64,000 nt of DNA from Octopus vulgaris (lineage: Eukaryota), in NCBI GenBank assembly GCA_951406725.2, contig OX597835.1, forward strand, positions 34,844,001-34,908,000, in the 5' to 3' direction. A program made the position numbers and the translations under genes. Numbering within the stretch: the first letter of the stretch is position 1; each line of letters begins with the position of its first letter. Positions 54,318-64,000 of the stretch are shown in pieces. Under the pieces are notes generated by a model. It was not told where the DNA came from. It searched no databases and saw only the letters and a list, made by a program, of their open reading frames with translations.

Positions 54318-54564
54318 ACATCTCATAATTTGGAACAAGCAAAATGGCTAGTAGAAAAATCTCAAGAAGAGATCAATGTAGTAAGAGATCAAAGCCAATC
54401 GCTACATCAAAGTAGCTGTTGAATGTTACTACTAGTTTAACCCCAGGCAGATCGTCCACAAGCTGGTTTATATAACAAACAGCCATAAAGTTTGTTTTAA
54501 ATGTATTCAATGATTCTGAGACATTAGCATAATTTATTTGTAAATAGTCTGAGGATGAAGTGTA

Positions 54565-54731
54565 TAACAGATATCTGCAGGATACCAGAGGAAGTGAGAG
54601 GATACCACAGGGAATCAGAGATTACTAGAGAATATCACAAAATATCAGAGGATATCAGAGAATGCCAGAGGGTATCAGAGGATGCAGGAGGATATCATGG
54701 GATATCGCAAGATATTAAGAGGATATCAGAG
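54565..54731. repeat. Degenerate 10-bp minisatellite (ggatatcaga)
   Basis: About 16 units at 10-bp phase. Confidence 0.7.
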
Positions 54732-55157
54732 TTTGCACTCGCGAAACGGGCGCAAAGCAGCTTATTGGCGGACATTCGGAATAGTTATCATGACCTTATT
54801 GAGAAAAGTACAAGTAAAATCCCACCAGAAAAGGCTCATGGAAATGTAGGACATAAATGTAAATAATCAAATATTGTGAACAAAAGATTCTTTCTCAAAC
54901 GGAATCAGTCAACTAGTTCATATCCCATTTTCCGTCTCAACGAGTTTGTGATACCTATTCCTAAAGTCGATGACACCCGTTTTATGAGTACAATAGTTTA
55001 TAGGCAATTCTGGCTGTTTATAGAAGAGGGTATATAATTAATTGTTATTTGGATCAATGGTTATTATGTTACATGTGTTTAGTTTGATGCTGGAAACCTT
55101 TAAGAAAACATTTAATAAGTTATATGAACGAATGTAGAAAAGACGATTAAATAGAAA

Positions 55158-56990
55158 TCAAACGGTTTTCGTACAAAAGCAAACCGGTTTCAGTTTACGT
55201 GTTTTGACGCAATGAGATTGGTTACCATATATGTTGATTCGTAAAATTTCTCCAAACGGGTGAAAGTTTTTCCCACGATACTCTCCCAAAGATTGGAAAA
55301 CTCCTTCACTTGGTGACACTTTTAACGTTACTGAGTATGTAGTTCTATATTTATAAGCACGTATTACCTTTTTCAATTTCAGTTTTGCGCATTTTTTCGC
55401 TTTTGCTTTTTCTAAACGTTTATTCAGTGTTTTCACAACAGCGATGGCTGCTTCGGTCACGTTCACATTTTTAACTCTCAGTTGCTTTCTTGCTGAGAAA
55501 CACTCACAGAATTGTGCAGGTATTTCTGCTCCCTTGCAAGTTCTGTTACTTGGTATTGGTGACATAAGACTGATGCTTCTGTTACTCGTCATCATTCGAG
55601 TTTGTTCCCCTCTGTTCAGATTTTCAGAAAGAGTGGCATGAAAATCGAAAAGTGTCACAAGACGATTTTGGTTTCTATGAATAGAATTGGCTTTTGATTT
55701 GTGTTTGATCTTGAACCATTCTGGGACAATAAAAAATGAAAAAGGTAAATTTGCTTCATGACTTCCAGCGACAGTTGTACGAAATCCACCCATGCGGAAA
55801 CCATGATCCCCGAAGAAAAGTAGTAAAGTGTTGTTTAGTGTTTTTGATTGATGAAGCCACTGATAAAACCCCAAAAGCTTGTCTTCCCATCTAGCCGCAC
55901 CATGCAAGTCATCGTGCGTCCAACGTGTGAAAAATGTGAGAGCAAAATAAAAAGACGTTTTATACTTTTCTAAAAACTGCTTGGTATAATGTTCTACATA
56001 ATCCGTCTCAGGAAGAGGGCCTACACAGAACTTGTTCCGAAATTTGTTCTTGTTCATTGCAATAGTCAAAGGTCTAAAATAATAATCAGTTGGTTGTTTT
56101 CGAAAACCACGCGCTGCATAATTGAATGCTGTTATGTCGGGGTCATCCTCTGCTATAAATGTTATGGCATTTCTCGAACTATAGTTTTTCCATAAAAGAT
56201 CCACGGAATCATAAACCTGGCCGGAACGCCACTTAGTCTCCTCCAAAAATTTTCCTGATAATAATGCTAGTAAATTTGGTAGGGTATTTTTACCAACCCT
56301 TGTAAATCCAGGGAACGAATAAGCTTTTAGTGTTTCTAGAAGGTACTTCTTTAAACGAGGCATTTGCCTAGAGAAGCTATTGCGAGACGTTGAATCAATT
56401 CCAATAAGAAGAACACTAAGCGGACGATCTTCAGCTCTTTTACCAGACTGAGATTTCAACTTCTTCTGCACATGTTCTTTATCAATGATACGACTGTGGA
56501 AATCTGTATATAACACGGAATTATTAACTCCTTCACATTTTATCAAACTGAACTCTGCATCAATTTTCGTTTGGTTATGAAAGGTAATCGGTTTTCCAAG
56601 AACAATACTATTATCGTTGTCACCTCGTTTAATATTCCACTTCTGACAGCGTTTAATTTTGTTCGAGTAATGAACTGCTTTAATTGATTGGTTCACGTAC
56701 AACATTGCACCAACGACTTTTGTTAACCTTGGTGGACCAGGGCATACCACTGGAGAACGATTAATATCAAAATCATCTAATGGAACCTGGAATGCTAGTA
56801 TATTACAACCGATTGTATCAATGAGATATTCATCAGAAGTATGCTCAGGTTTTCTTTCGTGTTTCATCTTAAAGACTGGATCCTTCCAATAATTCTTAAA
56901 AATAAAATCCATTTTGAACCAGGCTATTGTTAGTAAACATAGTCCAATCACAAGAATTCGTAATAAATACCGAAATATAGCACGTGTCAT
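55158..56990 (-). CDS. DUF229-family protein, type II membrane, paralogue B
   Basis: 610-aa uninterrupted ORF; TM ILVIGLCLLTIAWF; same catalytic-type motifs (IGIDSTSR, GKNTLPN, WTHDD, FFGDHG). Confidence 0.9.
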   Translation of the reverse strand: MTRAIFRYLLRILVIGLCLLTIAWFKMDFIFKNYWKDPVFKMKHERKPEHTSDEYLIDTIGCNILAFQVPLDDFDINRSPVVCPGPPRLTKVVGAMLYVNQSIKAVHYSNKIKRCQKWNIKRGDNDNSIVLGKPITFHNQTKIDAEFSLIKCEGVNNSVLYTDFHSRIIDKEHVQKKLKSQSGKRAEDRPLSVLLIGIDSTSRNSFSRQMPRLKKYLLETLKAYSFPGFTRVGKNTLPNLLALLSGKFLEETKWRSGQVYDSVDLLWKNYSSRNAITFIAEDDPDITAFNYAARGFRKQPTDYYFRPLTIAMNKNKFRNKFCVGPLPETDYVEHYTKQFLEKYKTSFYFALTFFTRWTHDDLHGAARWEDKLLGFYQWLHQSKTLNNTLLLFFGDHGFRMGGFRTTVAGSHEANLPFSFFIVPEWFKIKHKSKANSIHRNQNRLVTLFDFHATLSENLNRGEQTRMMTSNRSISLMSPIPSNRTCKGAEIPAQFCECFSARKQLRVKNVNVTEAAIAVVKTLNKRLEKAKAKKCAKLKLKKVIRAYKYRTTYSVTLKVSPSEGVFQSLGEYRGKNFHPFGEILRINIYGNQSHCVKTRKLKPVCFCTKTV

Positions 56991-57768
56991 CTTGTAGCAT
57001 CAGAATATTAACAAAATATATAATTTTAGGATGGAGAGTTATTTGTTAGGAGAATGTGTCGTTGAAATTATCACATAAAATGTTTCCTTAATTAGCTCTT
57101 GTTATTTAGGAGGTATTAACAAATATGTTACGTTTGATAACGATAAACAGTGTTAATTAAAATCGGAAGTGCATCTAGATTCAAGATGTGAGAACTAAAT
57201 GATGCAATGAACTTAAATACCGTTTCGTAAAATAACTGCTACATCTTTCAACGTCATTATATTCATGTGAAAAAACAGGTGAATTAATATTATTAACAGG
57301 TAGAAACAATACGACGATATATTAATATATTCTTAGTAGTAGCACGCATGCAATAATCTAGTCTATATTCTCATTTCTTCATTTCTTATCGGTTTATGAT
57401 TGTCTTAACTGCAAAACACCGTAAGGTACAAATGGAGGTTGAGGTAACCAGTTTTAAAGTCAGAAGAAATTTACCAAGATAAAAATGTTTAAATATTCAG
57501 ATCTGAGAAAAATGTTCACGCATGAATATGTGTTTCTTTTCTTTTTTCCCCTATTGATCCAGGAATTATTATTATTATATCAGGAAATGTCAGTAACAAC
57601 TGATAAACGTGTGGGCTGACGACTTTATATGATAGGAGTAACAGTTTGTATTTATTCATTAAAGGAATTGGTCATTTTAAATGACACTATGTATCCCACC
57701 CAAGACAACATCCAATCAGATTGCTCTGTATTTTCTTTTATCACTGGCTCTCTCTTTTCGTCTCCTAC

Positions 57769-57836
<68 letters not shown>

Positions 57837-57857
57837 GTCTGTCTGTCTGTCTGTCTG

Positions 57858-58008
<151 letters not shown>

Positions 58009-58763
58009 CTCTCTATCTCTCTCACTTTCTTTCTATCTATGTGTGTGTATGTATGCATCTATGGGCGTACGTGCGTGTGTTATACACGCACTTTCATGTA
58101 TATCATCTGTTGCCTTATATGGTCATTAGGGCGTAAAGTTAAATAATTAAACTTCATATTATTAAACAAAATAATATCTGAGACCCCCTTCAGTCACGAC
58201 ACAGACCATGGGATTGCACCTAGAGAGTTACTCTCCCAGGCATAAGTCCGGGCAAGGTTGTCTTATGGAAGACCAGCAGTCACCCATGCATACCGGCCTC
58301 CCCTCTCCGTGCCACCAGTGTTATCCAAGGGAAAGGCAAAGGGGCCGATACAGCTTGACACCTCTGACGTCGCAACTCATTTCTACAGCTGAGTGATCAA
58401 GAGCAACGTGAAATAAAGTGTCTTGCTCGGGAACACAACACGCAGCCTGGTCCGGTATTCGAGCTCACAACGTCACGATCGTAAGCTCAACGCTCTAACC
58501 ACTGAGTCATGCGCCTTCATACACAAAATAATAACTCAGATGGAATTCTGGTTTAAACACCCCATATAAAACTCTCGAAATTTTGCTTATATTTTGGAAT
58601 TGTCAGAAAATGTTTGCAAATTCCTCTTCTTCAAACGGGAATTCATACAATTATACACACAAAAAAAGTGTGTATGATTTAAGAGCGATGTAGCTATTAT
58701 CTTTAGCACATCTCACAGCCACCTGACACCTTCCTTGTTTCTTTGCCTTACATATATTTATGT

Positions 58764-59150
58764 GTGGAGGCGCAATGGCCCAGTGGTTAGGGCAGCGGAC
58801 TCGCGGTCGTAGGATCGCGGTTTCGATTCCCAGACCGGGCGTTGTGAGTGTTTATTGAATGAAAACACCTAAAGCTCCACGAGGCTCCGGCAGGGGGTGG
58901 TGGTAATCCCTGCTGTACTCTTTCACCACAACTTTCTCTCACTCTTTCTTCCTGTTTCTGTTGTGCCTGTATTTCAAAGGGCCGGCCTTGTCACTCCCTT
59001 GTGTCACGCTGAATATCCCCGAGAACTACGTTAAGGGTACACGTGTCTGTGGAGTGCTCAGCCACTTACACGTTAATTTCACGAGCAGGCTGTTCCGTTG
59101 ATCGGATCAACCGGAATCCTCGTCGTCGTAACCGACGGAGTGCTTCCATA
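58764..59150 (+). mobile_element. tRNA(Arg)-derived SINE, family C
   Basis: gtggaggcgcaatggcccagtggttagggcagcggactcgcgg..gtttcgattccc head. Confidence 0.8.
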
Positions 59151-59607
59151 TATTTATGTATTATTTCAATATTCCTGCCACCCCAATAAACACATTTAAT
59201 AGAATGATGATGCACTCACAGGCAGTCCATTGCAGGGATTTAAGCGAGAAATGAAAAACAGAAAATTCGAAAAGGAGTAGAACTTTTAGGATTTATGGGC
59301 AGAGGGAGGGGCTTAAAAAATTTAGTATATTTTTTTCTCTTCATAGTCGTGTAAATTTGCGAGTGTAGAACACAAAATTCGCAAAGATTTTCTGAAAATT
59401 TACCAAAGTAAAAAAGTTCTGCATCTGATTTTTTTCCATTTTAATCATTAAAATCATTTGTTCCAAACATTATTGTGTTTGTTGATGTATATTGATCTAT
59501 ATTGTTTATATTGTATTATTGTGTATATATATATATGTAAGAATATGAGTGTGTATGCACACATATTTATATTTATATGTAAATTTTTTTCATACTTGCA
59601 TTAAATT

Positions 59608-59716
59608 CTCTGAAGAGGCCGTGAGATATTCTTGTTAATGTCTCATTTATACCTGCTTTATATGGCTAATAGGTTAAATGGGACATACCTGTCTTCACGG
59701 CCGAAACAGCTGTCAG
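59608..59716 (+). ncRNA. Type I hammerhead ribozyme with long stem II
   Basis: CUGAAGA-ggccgugaga..ucuucacggcc-GAAAC-agcu-GUC; palindromic stem III, weak stem I. Confidence 0.7.
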
Positions 59717-59937
59717 CTACAATGTAAATGTATTTCTATTTCTATTTCTGTCTTGTTATATTTGTACTATATTAATGTATAATATCATTGCTATTGTGTA
59801 ATGGTTTAATAAAGTATTGATTGGGTATTATCAGATGGTTGATGATTGATTTAGATATATTTCTCCATTTTCTCATTTTGTATATATATATATATGTATA
59901 TATATATACATATATATATATGTATATATACATACAT

Positions 59938-59997
<60 letters not shown>

Positions 59998-60008
59998 CAT
60001 ACATACAT

Positions 60009-60079
<71 letters not shown>

Positions 60080-60176
60080 AAGTTAATCCAAACAAGAAAA
60101 CACAAAACAACACAGCGCGAGTACGTGGAACAAATATAGTATTATTGGATGCTCAGGAAAGAAGGAAAGAAGGAGG

Positions 60177-60211
60177 GTTTAACGTTTCGAGCGGAGCTCT
60201 TCGTCGGAAAC
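60177..60211 (-). ncRNA. Hammerhead-like motif (CCGACGA core) in a repeat shared with 11690-11860
   Basis: Same 35-nt sequence as 11790-11824. Confidence 0.5.
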
Positions 60212-60591
60212 ATAGGAGAAGGAAAGATCCAGAGAAGGGAAGACAGAGGCAAAAAAAAAATCGCCAACAGTACACATGAGGTCACATATATTGGCCTGCT
60301 CGCTTAGCCAGCGGGGTGGCGTCACTTGAAGGCTAAAACAATGCAAAGCGCATTGTGACCAGCGATGTGTAGCAACAGCTGATAGCCTGGTCGGTCACAG
60401 TGATCATGGTGATCACGGTGATATATAAATATATATATAGCAAATAAGAAAAGGGAGGAGAATAATAGGTGGTTCATCAACTTTTAGACATTAAATTATA
60501 TTAACTTATTTATTTATTTACTAAACTGATAATAACAATAACATAATAACATAATTTAAAATATAACATATTATTCTTTACATATAAGATA

Positions 60592-60985
60592 TCTTTATAT
60601 ATAAAAGTGAAGTTGTGTGTCTGTCTCCTACGATTTAGATTCCTAACTACTCCCACATTTTGCGGTGCAGTGTAACCAAAAGCGGGTATCTTATAGTCGT
60701 GATTCATACCGAGCCCTTCTGGATATTAGCGCGCGTCAACGATGAGTCTACGATTTAAAAAAAAATTACCATAAATTTTTCCCGTTTTTAATGCATTATT
60801 TTGCTATTATATAAGGGAAGTAACTCTCTAAAAATGTATTATTAAATCTCAGAACGTAAAAAGCTCCAGTAACCCCCCCCTTTGTGGTTAGCCATATTGA
60901 GATGGCTATTATACTTTACATCTCTAAAAATGCTTATATAGTTATTTCCCTTACAAACCCGAGCAACGCCGGGCGATACTGCTAG
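60592..60985 (+). mobile_element. Complete non-autonomous Helitron
   Basis: A|TCtttatatataaaag 5' end; 3' hairpin cccgagcaacgccggg then CTAG|T; no TSD. Confidence 0.85.
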
Positions 60986-61004
60986 TAAGATATAAAATAT
61001 AGTA

Positions 61005-61118
61005 ATATATAAGGATACCAGTAATTATTATAAAAAACATGAATATATATTGGTAAAATAACTTACAGCTGTTAATTTATATTCATGTTTTTTATAATAA
61101 TTACTGGTATCCTTATAT
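61005..61118. repeat. Hairpin, ~42-bp arms
   Basis: atataaggataccagtaattattataaaaaacatgaatata / tatattcatgttttttataataattactggtatccttatat. Confidence 0.85.
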
Positions 61119-61417
61119 ATGTGTATGTATGTATGTATGTATGTATGTATGTATGTATGTATGTATGTATGTATGTATGTATGTATGTATTGATGCTAAC
61201 GTATATATAATCACACACGTACACATTATTTATCGAGTACATATATTTAAACAAGTATTGAGGATCTAACACAAAATAACTTCTAAAATACAAATTTTTT
61301 CCAAAAACGTTAAGAGTAAACCCTGTTCTATGCGACACATTCAACCAGCATCCGAAGTTTCAAAGTGTTTAAGTTTAAAAAAAAATAATCATAAAATCTA
61401 TGTTTGAGAAAGAAAAA

Positions 61418-61488
<71 letters not shown>

Positions 61489-61493
<5 letters not shown>

Positions 61494-61818
61494 TAAATGA
61501 GGGCAAAGGAAAAAAATTCTAATGCCAAATATGCTGAAAAATTGGACATATTGTCCATTAACCATATAATTTTTTCACAATACGCACGCTACTCGAAAAA
61601 AGGTCGACAGAAATTTCTAAAAAATTCCATTATTACCATATCGGTAATAATGGTAATAATAGCCGATATGATAATAATGGAATTTTTTACAAATTTCTGT
61701 CGACCTTTTTTCGAGTAGCGTGCGTATTGTGAAAAAATTATATGGTTAATGGACAATATGTCCAATTTTTCGTCATATTTGGCATTAGAAATTTTTTCCT
61801 TTGCCCTCATTTATGAAT
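61489..61818. repeat. ~330-bp palindrome next to (TA)n
   Basis: The ORF track shows nearly the same peptide on both strands (61497+ and 61810-). Confidence 0.92.
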
Positions 61819-61924
61819 TGTTTATAAATTTAACCGTTAAAGGTATTTTTTAATATGCTGGCCATTGATAAAATTCTTTTCGAGAAAATATTTTTTTTCG
61901 AAAAGAATTTTATCCTCACATTTG

Positions 61925-61978
<54 letters not shown>

Positions 61979-62013
61979 AAAAGGAGATGTCGAACGCGAG
62001 TGGTGATATATAA

Positions 62014-62367
62014 AAAAGGAAATGAAGAAAATGCTGACAAATAATTAAAGTAATTTAAGTAATTTAATTAGGTGAAAGTTCTTTTTACCGGTTGCGCATT
62101 TGTTATGCTTATCAAAATATAAAAGAGAGATTAGAGTTCCTTTCTTATAGAATTTTTCCTCATCAAAATATAAAGAGAGATTAGAGTTCCTTTCTTATAG
62201 AATTTTTCCTCTTATCTCAGATAAGAGGAAAAATTCTATAAGAAAGGAACTCTAATCTCTCTTTTATATTTTGATAAGCATAACAAATGCGCAACCGGTA
62301 AAAAGAACTTTCACCTAATTAAATTACTTAAATTACTTCAATTATTTGTCAGCATTTTCTTCATTTC

Positions 62368-62371
<4 letters not shown>
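62014..62371. repeat. ~360-bp palindrome with a ~49-bp internal tandem duplication, next to (TA)n
   Basis: Centre ttatctcagataa at ~62212-62224. Confidence 0.9.
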
Positions 62372-62435
<64 letters not shown>

Positions 62436-62533
62436 AGAGTTTACGAAAAAAACAAAAGATGAAGACAAGTGGTGTACAAAACAAACAGATGTATTAGTAT
62501 AACGCTCAGGAATAGAAAAAGTCTTTTACGTTT

Positions 62534-62570
<37 letters not shown>

Positions 62571-62631
62571 TGTGTATATGTGTGTGTGTGTGTGTGTGTA
62601 TATGTATATATATATATATATACACACACAC

Positions 62632-62674
<43 letters not shown>

Positions 62675-63482
62675 TGTGTGTGTGTGTGTGGTCCTCTTAG
62701 AATTCTTGACAACGAAAGTAGGCACGTGTATATTTGTCAAGAGAATGGGTTTGTTTTTCTGCTCTCCCCGCCCCCTATGTATGTCATTCCTGAAGAGCAC
62801 GTGTATTCGATAACGACCTTGTTGTCAAAAATCCAGTGAGACGCCGATCGGTAAGATCGGCTGCAATGAATCTATAATACTCTATAAATTGATTAACACA
62901 GACATGCACACACAATCACGTGTGTACATGTATGCGTGTGCTTGTGTGTGTATGTACGTGCGTGTGTGTGTGCGCGTGTGCGTGTACGTATGTGTGTGTG
63001 TGTATGCATCTGCGTGTGTGTGTCTGTGTGTGTGCATGCGTGTGTGTGTCTGTGTGCGTGTGCGTGTGTGTGTGTGTGTGCGCGCGTATGCGTGTGAGTG
63101 TGCGTGCGGGGGGTGTATGCCTGTGTGTACGTGTATGTGTGTGCGCGTGAGCGTGTGTGTGTCTGTGTGAATGTGTGTGTGTTAAATAATTATTTACATC
63201 TCTCTGTGGACATGATTGTCATGTCCCCCCCCCCTTGGCCCGTTTTCCAATACCGGAACCCCATGGATTTTCTGGAAATTTTAGTTCCAAAGCCTTTCTG
63301 GACTACTGAATTTTCCCAATCAGGGGTGACCGCCATGATCAACATTCTCTAAATTTAACAAATATTAAACTTACTTATATAATTAAATGAAATACAGGTA
63401 TCTGTGCTTTAAAGTAAATTAGTGCAGATTATAAGTTCCGGATTATCCTACTATCAATATCTGGAAAATCGGTGTTGTTGTA

Positions 63483-64000
63483 TTGGGTTGTCCGGAAAGT
63501 TCGTGCCGATTTTTGAAGGAAAGAAAAAGGTCAATAAATACTTGCCATTACATTTTTAATCAACCAAATATGAACCATTTTGTTGCACAATGCGTCTCCA
63601 TCTTTCCTTAAACTTGAAAATACCCTCTTCCCAGAATTGAGGTGGTTTCATGGCAAAGAATTCATCGAGGTATCCTTTTAGTCATCCAAGGAATTAATTT
63701 TTTTTACAATTAAGTTTATACTGCAGAGACCTGAATAAGTGGAAATCCGAAGGAGCAATATCTGGTGAATATGGAGGGTGAGGTAACACATCCCAGCCGA
63801 GTTGCAGCAATTTTTGTTTGGTTCTCATAGCAACAAGTGCCGAAAATGAACTTTCTGATCTTCCATTTTAAAAGGTTACAGAATGAACACAGGTTATAGG
63901 AACATAAACCTTCTTCCACGAAAAGATAGCTTAAACTGTGCTCTAAATGGAGGTGTAGTCAAATCCCATTTTATGGACTCAACTATGTTCTAAAATAAGT
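63483..64000 (-). mobile_element. Mariner transposon 3' part (degenerate transposase), runs off the window
   Basis: TA + TIR ttgggttgtccggaaagttc; minus strand [43 protein letters not shown]. Confidence 0.88.

Overview
AT-rich, repeat-dominated eukaryotic genomic DNA, most likely an octopus (inferred from the dense (TA)n/(CA)n/(TATG)n/(TATC)n microsatellites and several abundant tRNA-derived SINE families). Most ORFs in the supplied track are microsatellite or antisense artefacts. Real host coding content is two intronless DUF229 (alkaline-phosphatase-superfamily) type II membrane protein paralogues facing each other about 19 kb apart (34509-36368 + and 55158-56990 -), plus one large exon of an unidentified gene (3217-3929 +). 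Mobile DNA includes an endonuclease-deleted Tx1/L1 LINE with a 16-bp flanking direct repeat, a Penelope-like element (RT + GIY-YIG) and two other PLE fragments, a non-autonomous Gypsy LTR element (tRNA-Leu PBS, PPT, ATAT TSD), R4/Dong-type remnants ending in (TAA)n, Helitrons, Merlin-like, hAT and mariner MITEs, several hammerhead-ribozyme motifs and long palindromes. The most striking observation is that the two DUF229 genes are nearly identical over two long blocks, while the ~405-bp segment between them, which spans the predicted active-site region, differs at about 40% of residues with no indels. Coordinates were counted by eye and repeat edges may be off by a few bases.
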